A DNA stretch of 64,000 nucleotides from Eubacteriales bacterium (GTDB taxonomy: Bacteria; Bacillota; Clostridia; Oscillospirales; CAG-272), in contig JAZSJG010000008.1 in NCBI GenBank assembly GCA_045534215.1, positions 874-64,873 of the forward strand, given 5' to 3'. Position 1 is the stretch's first letter. Each line of letters opens with the position of its first letter. Below the pieces are notes generated by a model. The model made no database searches, was not told where the DNA came from, and worked only from the letters and a program-made list of their open reading frames with translations. Made by a program: the position numbers and the translations under genes. Below, piece after piece: positions 55,274-64,000 of the stretch.

Positions 55274-55981
55274 TTAAATATTGAACTTTCTGACAAACGC
55301 TTTTGTAAGCTCCGAGGAGTTCTGTGCAGCCAAGGGCATAAATGTTGGGAAGTCCAGTGTTGCTTCTCCGTCAGCAGAATCAGAGATTGCCCTTATAACC
55401 GCGAAAGGAATCGAGTTAACGTATGCGACATGCGCCACAGCTGCGCCCTCCATTTCGCACGCATAAGCTCCGAAAAGCTCCACTATCCTTTGCTTGTCTT
55501 CCTTAGCGGCGATAAATTTATCTGCAGAGGCAATCACTCCGCTAAAACAGGTAAATCCCAGTTCGCTTGCTGCAGAAGAGATTGCTCTTTGCGCACACAA
55601 ATCGGATTCAAAGAATATTTTTTCCTCTCCGCGTACAATTATCATTCCCCTTGGATCTCCCACAGCTGTAGTATCCATATCATGCTGTACCAAAGAGGTT
55701 GCCACAACAATGTCAAGCGGCTTTATGCCGTCTTTAAGTGCTCCTGCAACACCTGTGTTTACTATAATTTTGGGGCTGTACTTGATTATCATCGCTTCTG
55801 CGCACATTGCAGCATAAACCTTGCCTACACCGCACTTTGCCACAGCTACCATCTTGCCTTCGAGATTTCCTACATAAAAATCAATGCCCGACACCGTTTC
55901 TTTTGAGCAGTTTTCGATAGCAGATGTTAGCATTTCCACCTCGTTTGAAAGAGCTCCTATTATTCCAATGTCAACTTTCAT
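55274..55981 (-). CDS. mtnN: 5'-methylthioadenosine/S-adenosylhomocysteine nucleosidase
   Basis: IGIIGALSNEV, CGVGKVYAA, VNTGVAGAL, and ACEMEGAAVAHV. Confidence 0.9.
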   Translation of the reverse strand: MKVDIGIIGALSNEVEMLTSAIENCSKETVSGIDFYVGNLEGKMVAVAKCGVGKVYAAMCAEAMIIKYSPKIIVNTGVAGALKDGIKPLDIVVATSLVQHDMDTTAVGDPRGMIIVRGEEKIFFESDLCAQRAISSAASELGFTCFSGVIASADKFIAAKEDKQRIVELFGAYACEMEGAAVAHVAYVNSIPFAVIRAISDSADGEATLDFPTFMPLAAQNSSELTKAFVRKFNI

Positions 55982-56455
55982 TTACATTAACCCCTCTTTA
56001 TATCGAAAATCGTTAGATTTGCTTGTCAGCACCGAAAGATATTTTGTCGCTTCAATTTTTGCTGCTTCAACAGAAAGGTTTCTGTAATTTCCGCATTCTT
56101 CTCTTTTTGCTCCAAAGATTTCACCCTCATGTGCTACTATTTTACGCAGAGTTTCAATAACTGATGTTAAAACTTTTTGACACGGGATGCTTCTTACAAG
56201 CAAATAAAAGCCCGTCTGACATCCCATTGGTCCAAAATAGATAACTTCTGTGCCAATGTCGCTGTTCCTTATATAAGTTGCGAACATATGCTCAAATGAG
56301 TGCATTGTGAGGTTATCCATATAATCGCCGCGATTGGGTTTTCTCGTCCTCATATCGTAGGTTACGATGTCATTATCGACACGTGATACGTATATACCCT
56401 CTTCTATAAAGTCGTGATTGACTGTGAAAGACGCAATTTTTTTCAAGCTTTCCAT
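55982..56455 (-). CDS. luxS: S-ribosylhomocysteine lyase (AI-2 synthase)
   Basis: HSFEHM metal-binding motif (HxxEH) and GPMGCQTGFY; 157 aa. It abuts mtnN. Confidence 0.92.
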   Translation of the reverse strand: MESLKKIASFTVNHDFIEEGIYVSRVDNDIVTYDMRTRKPNRGDYMDNLTMHSFEHMFATYIRNSDIGTEVIYFGPMGCQTGFYLLVRSIPCQKVLTSVIETLRKIVAHEGEIFGAKREECGNYRNLSVEAAKIEATKYLSVLTSKSNDFRYKEGLM

Positions 56456-56465
56456 ATAAATCCTT

Positions 56466-56502
56466 TCTGCCGTCCACGCATTTCGGGACGGCAGATTTTT
56501 TT
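56466..56502 (+). terminator. Canonical hairpin plus T7 run, oriented on the plus strand between two minus-strand genes
   Basis: tctgccgtcc (56466-56475) pairs with ggacggcaga (56486-56495), followed by TTTTTTT (56496-56502) on the plus strand only. Confidence 0.5.
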
Positions 56503-56512
56503 GTTATATTTT

Positions 56513-57916
56513 TTAGAATACAAGACGTTCTCTTATATATTCTTTAACCTCGGACATTGGTATTCTTACCTGCTCCATTGTATCTCTGTCACGAACGGTT
56601 ACGCAACCGTCATTTTCGGATTCAAAGTCATAGGTTATGCAGAAGGGAGTGCCAATTTCATCCTCGCGACGATATCTCTTGCCAATAGAGCCGGTTTCAT
56701 CAAAATCAACCATAAACTCTTTTGCAAGATCGTCGTAAAGCTCAAGTGCTTTTTCGGACAGCTTCTTGGAAAGAGGAAGAACAGCCGCCTTAATCGGTGC
56801 AAGAGCGGGGTGCAGGTGAAGAACTGTACGCACATCCCCCTCACCAATAGTTTCCTCATCATAAGCATCAACCAAGAAAGCAAGTGCAACTCTATCCGCA
56901 CCGAGCGAGGGCTCGATAACGTAAGGAATATATCTTTCGTTAGTTTCGGGGTCAAAGTATGTCATATCTTTACCGGAATGCTCTTTGTGTTGATTAAGGT
57001 CATAATCGGTTCTGTCGGCAACACCCCAAAGCTCTCCCCAACCAAACGGGAAGAGGAATTCAAAGTCGGTGGTCGCCTTGGAATAGAAACAAAGCTCATC
57101 GGGGTCATGGTCGCGAAGGCGAAGATTTTCATCTTTCATTCCAAGATTAAGAAGAAATTTGTGGCAATAGTCCTTCCAATATTTAAACCATTCGAGGTCT
57201 GTTCCCGGCTTACAGAAAAACTCAAGCTCCATCTGCTCAAACTCTCTGGTTCTGAAAACGAAGTTTCCGGGAGTTATTTCATTTCTGAAGGATTTTCCTA
57301 TCTGCGCTACGCCGAAAGGGAGTTTTTTTCTTGTTGAGCGCTGCACCGCGGGAAAATTAACAAATATCCCCTGTGCTGTTTCGGGACGTAGGTAAACGGT
57401 GTTTGAGGAGTCCTCGGTTACACCTATAAAGGTCTTGAACATTAGGTTGAACTTCTTTATGTCGGTAAAATCGCGACCGCCGCAAACAGGGCACACAATT
57501 CCCTTTTCTTTAATATAATCCGCCATCTGCTCGAACGTCCAACCGGCAGGATTATCGTCAGTTCCGTTTGTAAATGCATAATCCTCGATAAGCTTATCTG
57601 CTCTATGACGTGCCTTGCAGCCCTTACAGTCCATAAGAGGATCGGAGAAGCCGCCAACATGTCCCGAAGCTACCCACGCCTCAGGGTTCATTATAATAGC
57701 GGAATCGAGTCCTACATTATATCTTGACTCTTGCACGAACTTTTTCCACCAAGCGCGCTTAACGTTGTTTTTGAATTCAACGCCAAGAGGTCCGTAATCC
57801 CAAGAGTTAGCAAGGCCGCCGTATATCTCCGAGCCGGGATATATAAAGCCCCTGTTTTTGCATAAAGCAACAATTTTGTCCATTGTTTTTTCGGTGTTTT
57901 TCATTTTTATCTCCAT
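56513..57916 (-). CDS. glyQS: Glycine--tRNA ligase (dimeric GlyQS type)
   Basis: [49 protein letters not shown] (class II motif 2), and GADR motif 3. Confidence 0.95.
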   Translation of the reverse strand: MEIKMKNTEKTMDKIVALCKNRGFIYPGSEIYGGLANSWDYGPLGVEFKNNVKRAWWKKFVQESRYNVGLDSAIIMNPEAWVASGHVGGFSDPLMDCKGCKARHRADKLIEDYAFTNGTDDNPAGWTFEQMADYIKEKGIVCPVCGGRDFTDIKKFNLMFKTFIGVTEDSSNTVYLRPETAQGIFVNFPAVQRSTRKKLPFGVAQIGKSFRNEITPGNFVFRTREFEQMELEFFCKPGTDLEWFKYWKDYCHKFLLNLGMKDENLRLRDHDPDELCFYSKATTDFEFLFPFGWGELWGVADRTDYDLNQHKEHSGKDMTYFDPETNERYIPYVIEPSLGADRVALAFLVDAYDEETIGEGDVRTVLHLHPALAPIKAAVLPLSKKLSEKALELYDDLAKEFMVDFDETGSIGKRYRREDEIGTPFCITYDFESENDGCVTVRDRDTMEQVRIPMSEVKEYIRERLVF

Positions 57917-57934
57917 CTGTTATGTAAATAATTA

Positions 57935-59245
57935 TTATACTAATTCACAATACATTATTCCGTCTTTGTGCGACACAGGGTGCACGGTAAGCATTTCTCC
58001 ACCCAAGTCTTCACAATCCGAAGAAAATCTAACCTCAACGTAGGTATCGGAATGTGCCGACCAAAGAGTGCCGGTCTTTGATTCAGCAATTACAGAAAGA
58101 TTTTCGTCTGATTGCAGAATTTTTGAAAGCAAGGCATCGCGCACCTCATTTTTCAGCTTTATAAGGCGCTCGCTCCTGGAGTGCTTCTCTTTTTCCGCTA
58201 TTTGCATAGGATATGATGCGGCGGGAGTGCCTTCCCTTCTTGAATACTGAAAAACGTGAGCATCGAGGAACTCAGCTTCCTTCAAGAATTCCATCGTCAA
58301 TAGAAAGTCATTCTCTGTTTCTCCGGGGAAACCTACCATCAAATCGGTGGTAAATGTTGCACGGGGTATCCTTTTCTTAATTTTCTTTATAACACTCATC
58401 GCTTTGGCAGCGCTATATCTTCTCTTCATTGCGCCAAGGACCGAGTCCGAGCCGCTTTGAATTGAAAGGTGAAAATGAGGCGCGAAAATCTCGGAATTTG
58501 CCGCAGCGTCTACAAAATCCTCATCAACAAGCTCCGGAGCAAGAGAACCGAGACGAATCCGCTCGCAGCTTTTCCTTTCACTTAAATCGCGAATAAGAGA
58601 TGCGAGCGTGTATTCTTCGGCAAAATCCTTGCCATAAGCGGCAGTTTCTATGCCGGTGAGTACTATTTCGCGTGTGCCGGACGCCCCAAGCGCCTCAACC
58701 TCGCGTATAACATCATTCTTTGGCTTCGAACGAATTCTGCCTCTTGCAACGCTTATTGCACAGTAAGAGCATTTAGAATCGCACCCGTCTTCGATTTTGA
58801 CATATGCTCTTGTCCTAGGGGCGCGTGTTATGGACATATGCTCAAAATCGGCTTTGAAGACATCGGTAGTATTTACTACGGGCAATGTGCTATTGCTTCT
58901 GTTTTTTAATATCTGATCGGCAATATCAGGGCAGGAAAGCTTGTTCTCCGTGCCTATAACAGCACTGACGCCCTCTATTTTCCCGACCTCTTCAGGTGAA
59001 CGTTGGCTGTAACAGCCCATAACGATTATAACCGCATTCGGATTATTTGACGCAGCACGTCTTATGATTTGACGCGACTTTCTGTCACTCTCCTTTGTAA
59101 CGGTACAGGTGTTTATGACATAAACATCATTTTTCTTATCAAAGGGGCACACCGTGTAACCGTATTTTTCAAATTGCTCGGCAACTGCTTCTGTTTCATA
59201 CTGCGAAACCTTGCATCCGAGCGAGTATAGTCCCACGGTTTTCAT
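57935..59245 (-). CDS. mtaB: Radical-SAM tRNA methylthiotransferase (MtaB-like)
   Basis: N-terminal LGCKVSQYE; radical SAM motif CDSKCSYC; C-terminal TRAM-like region; 436 aa. Confidence 0.8.
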   Translation of the reverse strand: MKTVGLYSLGCKVSQYETEAVAEQFEKYGYTVCPFDKKNDVYVINTCTVTKESDRKSRQIIRRAASNNPNAVIIVMGCYSQRSPEEVGKIEGVSAVIGTENKLSCPDIADQILKNRSNSTLPVVNTTDVFKADFEHMSITRAPRTRAYVKIEDGCDSKCSYCAISVARGRIRSKPKNDVIREVEALGASGTREIVLTGIETAAYGKDFAEEYTLASLIRDLSERKSCERIRLGSLAPELVDEDFVDAAANSEIFAPHFHLSIQSGSDSVLGAMKRRYSAAKAMSVIKKIKKRIPRATFTTDLMVGFPGETENDFLLTMEFLKEAEFLDAHVFQYSRREGTPAASYPMQIAEKEKHSRSERLIKLKNEVRDALLSKILQSDENLSVIAESKTGTLWSAHSDTYVEVRFSSDCEDLGGEMLTVHPVSHKDGIMYCELV

Positions 59246-59264
59246 TCATATATTCCTTTCGGCA

Positions 59265-59822
59265 TCAGACGTTCGTACCAAGATAAACGGACGGCTTAAG
59301 AATGCCAACATAGGGAAGCGCCCTGTATCTTTCAGCATAGTCAAGACCGTATCCGACAACAAATTCATCCGGAATTTCGAGTCCTACGTAATCAGGTGTA
59401 TAATCCACCACTCTTCTTGATGGCTTATCAAGCAAGGTGCAGGTCTTTACGCTTCTTGCGCCTTTATTCTTGAGATACTTTGTCAAATAGGAGAGAGTGT
59501 TGCCGCTATCTACAATATCCTCAATTATAAGCAAATCGGAACGGTCGAGGTCGGGGCGCATAAGGTCAAGAATGATATTAACTTGTCCGCCACTAACAGT
59601 TCCCGAGCCGTACGAGGAAACTCTCATGCAGTCGATTTCAAGTGGAACCGTAATTTTTTTCATAAGGTCACTCATAAACATTAGCGAGCCCTTAAGAATA
59701 CAAACGAGTACAAGATTTTTATCCGGTCTTGCATAATCTCTGTCAATAACTTTAGCAAGGCGTGTTGTAATTTCGTCCAGCTCTTCTTCACAAACAAGGA
59801 TTCTTTCAACGTCTTTATTCAC
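59265..59822 (-). CDS. hpt: Hypoxanthine phosphoribosyltransferase
   Basis: PRPP motif LLIIEDIVDSGNTL and ILKGSLMFMSDL. The GTG at 59822 follows GAGAGGGA. The ORF-track TTG at 59843 is too close to the predicted transcription start. Confidence 0.88.
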   Translation of the reverse strand: MNKDVERILVCEEELDEITTRLAKVIDRDYARPDKNLVLVCILKGSLMFMSDLMKKITVPLEIDCMRVSSYGSGTVSGGQVNIILDLMRPDLDRSDLLIIEDIVDSGNTLSYLTKYLKNKGARSVKTCTLLDKPSRRVVDYTPDYVGLEIPDEFVVGYGLDYAERYRALPYVGILKPSVYLGTNV

Positions 59823-59856
59823 TGATATGTCCCTCTCGAACAAGATTTATACCGAT

Positions 59857-59885
59857 ATTTTAACAGAAAACAGACTGAAAGTCAA
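59857..59885 (-). promoter_or_regulatory. Candidate promoter of the hpt-mtaB-glyQS operon
   Basis: Minus strand reads TTGACT, 17-nt spacer, TAAAAT. Confidence 0.55.
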
Positions 59886-59936
59886 TACGCACGAGCGATA
59901 TTAAGATATATAAATATAAAATATTTATTTTTACTA

Positions 59937-59965
59937 TTGACAAAACGAACTTTTTCGGTTATAAT
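59937..59965 (+). promoter_or_regulatory. Consensus promoter of rpmH
   Basis: TTGACA (59937-59942), 17-nt spacer, TATAAT (59960-59965). Confidence 0.65.
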
Positions 59966-60049
59966 ATATCGTGCTTTCGTATGAATACGCAAAATCGGAC
60001 GCTTTAAATGCGCTCCCCCGACGTTAATTAAATTGAAGGAGGTGCTATC

Positions 60050-60184
60050 ATGAAAAGAACATATCAGCCAAAGAAAAGACAGAGAAAAAAGGAACATGGC
60101 TTCAGAAAAAGAATGGCAACCGCTAACGGCAGAAAAGTTCTTAAGAGAAGACGCGCCAAAGGTAGAGCTCGCCTCACCTATTGA
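60050..60184 (+). CDS. rpmH: 50S ribosomal protein L34
   Basis: Hand translation gives [52 protein letters not shown] lies 7 nt upstream. The gene is below the ORF-track length cutoff. Confidence 0.97.
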   Translation: MKRTYQPKKRQRKKEHGFRKRMATANGRKVLKRRRAKGRARLTY

Positions 60185-60216
60185 TAAAGTCGCTTACTGA
60201 CAAGTCATAAGACATC

Positions 60217-60264
60217 AAAACCTCCGATAAATCAGCATCTGTGCGAATTTTATCGGGGTTTTTG
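60217..60264 (+). terminator. Rho-independent terminator directly after rpmH
   Basis: aaaacctccgataaa pairs with tttatcggggtttt (core ccgataaa 60224-60231 with tttatcgg 60248-60255), followed by TTTTTG. Confidence 0.7.
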
Positions 60265-60347
60265 ATTAAGTAAGAAAAACAAAAAAAGAAAGGTGATTTT
60301 GCATTGCACGGCAGTCGCAGCTGTCGCACATCTTAATATATGCAAAA

Positions 60348-60737
60348 ATGTGTTGTATGAAATTTTGCGCAATTACAGAAAATCATCTTTATTCAAAAGC
60401 GTATTCAAAGGGAAAAAGAGCCGTGACGTCCGCTCTTGCAGTTTATGTACTTCCCGACTATACGGCAAAAAAGCTTGCCAAAGCCCACCCGCAAAAAAAG
60501 ATGGTTAACCGAATCGGTCTTACCACCTCAACAAAGCTCGGAGGGGCTGTCGTTCGCTCAAGATGCAGACGCATTTTGCGCGAGGGGCTGCGGTCGCTTG
60601 AGAAAGAAAAGGCACTCAAGCTCGGCTATCTTATCGTTATAGCCGCAAGAAGCGCCGCGACAACTCTAAAAAGCTGCGATATTAAAAAAGAGCTTGATAT
60701 CGCTTTTTCAAAGCTTGATATGTATAAAACGTTATGA
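60348..60737 (+). CDS. rnpA: Ribonuclease P protein component
   Basis: Position after rpmH; basic protein of about 125 aa with [15 protein letters not shown]...[22 protein letters not shown] (RNR-like motif). The start could be 60348 or 60357. Confidence 0.85.
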   Translation: MCCMKFCAITENHLYSKAYSKGKRAVTSALAVYVLPDYTAKKLAKAHPQKKMVNRIGLTTSTKLGGAVVRSRCRRILREGLRSLEKEKALKLGYLIVIAARSAATTLKSCDIKKELDIAFSKLDMYKTL

Positions 60738-61021
60738 AACACATAATGATTTGGCTAATCGGCCTTTACAGGAAATACATCTCCCCATTAAAACCGCCCT
60801 GTTGCAGATTCACACCGACCTGCTCTGCCTATGCTCTCGAAGCATTCCAAAAACGTGGCTTTTTCGTTGGTTTCATACTTACCGTCTGCCGTATCGCAAG
60901 ATGCAACCCTTTTTGCAAGGGTGGCTATGATCCGGTGCCGGAAAAAGGATTCAGAAATCCGAAAAATGAAGGGATTCGCGGAGATGATAGTATTAATTTA
61001 AACAAAGAAAAGGAAATTTAA
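60734..61021 (+). CDS. yidD: Membrane protein insertion efficiency factor YidD
   Basis: [30 protein letters not shown]...[13 protein letters not shown]. Confidence 0.92.
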   Translation: MKHIMIWLIGLYRKYISPLKPPCCRFTPTCSAYALEAFQKRGFFVGFILTVCRIARCNPFCKGGYDPVPEKGFRNPKNEGIRGDDSINLNKEKEI

Positions 61022-61024
61022 TTA

Positions 61025-62083
61025 ATGGATTGGCTTTATTCTGCGTTCGGAACCTTGCTCTATTGGTTCAGTAGCATTTTGGGAGGAAAATATGCGTTTG
61101 GTCTTCTTCTCTACGCGCTTCTTTTTAAGATTGTTTTCCTGCCATTCACAATCAAACAACAAAAAAATCAGATAAAAATGGCGAAGCTTCAACCGAAGAT
61201 CGCACTTATCAAAGCAAAATACAAAGGAAGAACAGACAGAAACTCTCTGCAGAAGCAACAGGAAGAAATCATGCAGCTTCAGCAAAGCGAGGGCTACAGT
61301 GTTCTCTCGGGTTGTCTTCCTCTTCTCATACAGTTCCCCATAATCATCTTCCTTTACAATGTTATAAGAAAACCACTTTCGTATATTTGTAACTTAAATA
61401 AGGAAGCAATAACAGACATTTATTCTTTAGTTAAAGGCGTCGATGCATCAAGTGTCACATTCAAGAATATCGACCAGATAGCACTTATCAGCGATATTCA
61501 GGCAAACGGTATAGACGTTATTAACTACGGTGCAACGAGAATGATTCCCGACTTCAATCTTTTTGGATTGAATTTGGCGAGCACACCTAGCTTTACAAAC
61601 TTCTCGCTCCTTGTTCTTATTCCCGTCATTGCGGCAGCTTCACAGTGGTTCACAATGTGGATTACACGTAAAGTTAATGCAAATACAGCTCAAATGCAGC
61701 AGGCACCTGATGACCAGACAGCAATGTCCCTCAAAATGATGGACCTTGTAATGCCTCTTATGACGCTTTTCATTGCCTTCAATTTCTCTGGCATGCTCGG
61801 TCTTTACTGGATTTACCAGTCCATTTTTGCTGTTTTGCAGACCCTAATTCTTGCTTGGGTTATGCCTATTCCAAAGTATACCGAGGAAGAAATGAAAGCA
61901 ATGAGAAAAGCACAAAAGGAAGCTGAAAAAGCTCAAAGAGCAGCGCTCAAGGAGCAACCGAAATACAGGTCCTTGCATTATATTGATGAGGACGATTATG
62001 ATGAGCTTCCGGAAATCAATACTCAGAAAAAAACACAAGGAAAGAAACAGGTTTCCGAGGATGCACCGGAAATTAAAGACTGA
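61025..62083 (+). CDS. yidC: YidC/Oxa1-family membrane insertase
   Basis: LPFTIKQQKNQIKMAKLQPKI, GCLPLLIQFPIIIFLY, multiple TM helices and a basic C-terminal tail. Confidence 0.9.
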   Translation: MDWLYSAFGTLLYWFSSILGGKYAFGLLLYALLFKIVFLPFTIKQQKNQIKMAKLQPKIALIKAKYKGRTDRNSLQKQQEEIMQLQQSEGYSVLSGCLPLLIQFPIIIFLYNVIRKPLSYICNLNKEAITDIYSLVKGVDASSVTFKNIDQIALISDIQANGIDVINYGATRMIPDFNLFGLNLASTPSFTNFSLLVLIPVIAAASQWFTMWITRKVNANTAQMQQAPDDQTAMSLKMMDLVMPLMTLFIAFNFSGMLGLYWIYQSIFAVLQTLILAWVMPIPKYTEEEMKAMRKAQKEAEKAQRAALKEQPKYRSLHYIDEDDYDELPEINTQKKTQGKKQVSEDAPEIKD

Positions 62084-62101
62084 TAAAGAAAGGCATATAT
62101 T

Positions 62102-63082
62102 ATGATAAAAGAGATAATTGCAACGGGTAAAGACGTTGTAGAGGCAAAGGAAAACGCACGAGCCGCTCTCGGTGCAGGTCCCCTTGACGATGTTAATTTT
62201 GAAATACTCCATGCAGGAAGCAAGGGAATTTTCGGAATAATCGGAGTTAAACCGGCTCAGGTAAAGGCATTTATGGAACTCCCCGATCCCGAGGAAAGAC
62301 ACCGCAAAAAATCCGAAAAGACCCACAAGGAAAAAAGCAACGACTCGGAAAAGAAGCCCGAGCATAAAAAGAAAAACAGAAATCACAGAAAAAGTGCAAA
62401 AGAGAGCTCGGAAAAAAAGCCCACTACAAAGAGCGCGGTTATTCCCGAGGTTGAGCTCAAGCTTGAACCGAAATGCGTAAACGATGGCGAGGATATGTCC
62501 TTCGATTTCGTTAAGACTGTTATCGCAGACATCGGTCTTGATGCAGAAGCCGCACTTTTCACCTGTGAGGATGGAACAAGAAGAATTCTTATAAGCGGTT
62601 CAGATGCTTCGACTCTCATCGGACACCACGGCGACACGCTTGATGCTCTTCAGTATCTTGCAAACCTGGCATCAGCAAGAAAGAACGTAAACGGTGAAAG
62701 AGATAAGAGCCGTGTAACAATAGACATTGAGGGATACAGAGCAAAAAGAGAAGAAACTCTCCGCGCTCTTGCACGCCGTATGGCAGCAAAGGCACTTCGA
62801 AACAGACGCAGTGTTATGCTTGAGCCCATGAGTCCCTATGAAAGAAGAATAATTCACTCTGAGGTTCAGAACATTGAGGGTGTCAGCACAAACTCTATTG
62901 GCTCTGACAATAACAGAAAAATTGTTATCTTCCTTACTGACAAAAAGCCCACCGAAATTTTTGAAAAGGAAGAAGGCGCAGAAGCACATAATGACTCTAT
63001 TAATGTAGTCGAAAGCGCAGAAGCAACAAAAGATACAGATTATGAAGAAGCTGTTGAAAAAGCAGAAGACATCAATGAATAA
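62102..63082 (+). CDS. jag: Jag/KhpB RNA-binding protein (Jag_N, KH, R3H)
   Basis: Position after yidC. KH-like IGHHGDTLDALQYL and R3H-like EPMSPYERRIIHSEV. A K/E/H-rich linker is inserted after the N-terminal domain. Confidence 0.88.
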   Translation: MIKEIIATGKDVVEAKENARAALGAGPLDDVNFEILHAGSKGIFGIIGVKPAQVKAFMELPDPEERHRKKSEKTHKEKSNDSEKKPEHKKKNRNHRKSAKESSEKKPTTKSAVIPEVELKLEPKCVNDGEDMSFDFVKTVIADIGLDAEAALFTCEDGTRRILISGSDASTLIGHHGDTLDALQYLANLASARKNVNGERDKSRVTIDIEGYRAKREETLRALARRMAAKALRNRRSVMLEPMSPYERRIIHSEVQNIEGVSTNSIGSDNNRKIVIFLTDKKPTEIFEKEEGAEAHNDSINVVESAEATKDTDYEEAVEKAEDINE

Positions 63083-64000
63083 TTTTACTTCTGTAATAGC
63101 GGCAATATCCACCCCACCCGGCAAGGGTGGGGTGGCGATTATAAGAATATCCGGCGTGGGTTCACTTGAGGTTGCAGCTCAAGTCTTTCGCCCCGTGTCA
63201 AATAAAAGCTTTGCCGAAGTCGAGGTGCGCAAGCAAATAAGAGGTCGTATTTTTTACGGTGACAATGAAATTGATGACGGAATGGCAACATATTTCAAAG
63301 CACCGAACTCCTATACAGGAGAGGATACGGTCGAGATAAGCTGTCACGGGGGCGCGCTTATAACTAAGACGGTGCTTGAAGCTGTCTTGGCATCAGGAGC
63401 GCGCGTTGCCGAACCGGGCGAGTTTACAAGACGTGCATTTATAAACGGCAAGCTTTCCTTAACGGAAGCTGAGGCAATAGGAAGTCTTCTTGATGCCGAA
63501 AGCTACGAACAAATCCTTCTCTCTTCTGAAAAATCCCGCACCTTGCTTTCCGACTCAATCTCTAAAATAAGGCGGAAGCTTACGGATGTTTTAAGCTCTC
63601 TATACGCGAGAATTGACTATCCGGACGAGGACCTTGGAGATTTTTCGAACGAGGAAGCCGTAAGCATCTTGAAATCAGCAAAGAAAGACACCGAGCGTCT
63701 GCTCTCGACATATCGCACAGGAAAAGCAATTAACGAGGGTATCCGTACCGTTATTTGCGGAAAGCCCAATGTTGGAAAAAGCTCTCTTTACAATCTGCTT
63801 CTAAAAAGGGATGCCGCTATAGTAACTGATATTCAAGGCACGACGCGTGATGTTCTGACAGAAAAAATTTCACTTGGCAGAGTTGTTCTCGTTCTCTCCG
63901 ACACGGCAGGAGTGAGAAAAAGCTCCGACCCTATAGAAAAAATCGGAATACAGAGAAGCCGGGAAAAAATTAAAAATTGCGAGCTGATTCTCGCAGTTTT
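63075..64000 (+). CDS. mnmE: tRNA modification GTPase MnmE; 3' end lies outside the window
   Basis: Hand translation from the ATG at 63075 gives MNNFTSVIAAISTPPGKGGVAIIRISG...FKAPNSYTGEDTVEISCHGG...GKPNVGKSSLYN. It overlaps the jag stop. It is not in the ORF track because no stop falls within the window. Confidence 0.93.
   Translation, partial: MNNFTSVIAAISTPPGKGGVAIIRISGVGSLEVAAQVFRPVSNKSFAEVEVRKQIRGRIFYGDNEIDDGMATYFKAPNSYTGEDTVEISCHGGALITKTVLEAVLASGARVAEPGEFTRRAFINGKLSLTEAEAIGSLLDAESYEQILLSSEKSRTLLSDSISKIRRKLTDVLSSLYARIDYPDEDLGDFSNEEAVSILKSAKKDTERLLSTYRTGKAINEGIRTVICGKPNVGKSSLYNLLLKRDAAIVTDIQGTTRDVLTEKISLGRVVLVLSDTAGVRKSSDPIEKIGIQRSREKIKNCELILAV

Noticed and set aside
55088-55906. 272-aa plus-strand ORF overlapping mtnN. 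Similar long antisense ORFs occur at 56414-57337 (opposite glyQS), 18376-18969 (opposite recA), 25946-26530, 27698-28258 and 29183-30238 (opposite infB).
   Set aside because: Each lies entirely antisense to a gene with unmistakable conserved motifs. Their translations are Cys/Phe/Leu-rich with no motifs and no RBS. They are shadow ORFs typical of the complementary strand.
57917-57934. Expected a glycine T-box leader upstream of glyQS.
   Set aside because: Only 18 nt separate glyQS from the mtaB stop, so there is no room for a T-box. glyQS appears to be co-transcribed with hpt-mtaB.
59844-60049. AT-rich spacer upstream of rpmH considered as oriC or a DNA-unwinding element.
   Set aside because: No TTATCCACA/TGTGGATAA-like DnaA boxes were seen on either strand, and no dnaA is adjacent. 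The AT-rich sequence is explained by two divergent consensus promoters.
1-64000. Scan for CRISPR arrays, rRNA, tRNA and IS/transposase genes.
   Set aside because: I saw no regularly spaced repeat-spacer structure, no tRNA-like GTTCGA(A/T)TC T-arm contexts, no rRNA-like segments and no transposase or integrase motifs. This was an eye scan only, so small RNAs could have been missed.

Overview
This is a 64-kb chromosomal segment from a low-GC Gram-positive bacterium, probably class Clostridia. The taxon is inferred from GGAGG-type ribosome-binding sites (RBS), several near-consensus TTGACA-17-TATAAT promoters, a type III glutamine synthetase, and the rimP-nusA-ylxR-ylxQ-infB and rpmH-rnpA-yidD-yidC-jag-mnmE clusters.

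The window has four blocks:
(1) 1-11.8 kb: a tandem array of five diverged paralogs of a large right-handed beta-helix (pectate-lyase-superfamily-like) protein. Three show lipoprotein signal peptides, one is cut by the window edge, and the last has no signal peptide.
(2) 12-39.2 kb: mostly minus-strand housekeeping genes. These are a DEDDh exonuclease, glnN, an ABC exporter, recA-recX, galK-like, miaA, rbsK-like, a YhaN-like ATPase, ogg, the nusA-infB operon, a 967-aa tail-anchored coiled-coil protein, a CBS protein, coaW and a MutS-domain-V paralog.
(3) 39.7-52.3 kb: a compact plus-strand phage-derived island. It encodes only packaging and virion-type genes: small and large terminase, portal, putative scaffold and capsid, a 908-aa LRR-containing protein and three membrane proteins. 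I could not recognise an integrase, repressor, replication, tape-measure or endolysin gene. It is preceded by a 470-bp non-coding region with three exactly phased 9-mers. I rate this the most interesting object, as a possible domesticated, GTA-like short-tailed particle module.
(4) 52.3-64 kb: a nuclease-helicase fusion of the XPD/DinG type, mtnN-luxS, glyQS, mtaB and hpt, then the divergent rpmH-rnpA-yidD-yidC-jag-mnmE cluster without an adjacent dnaA or visible DnaA boxes.

I saw no rRNA, tRNA or CRISPR array. All functional calls rest on motifs read by eye from the ORF translations; no database search was run.
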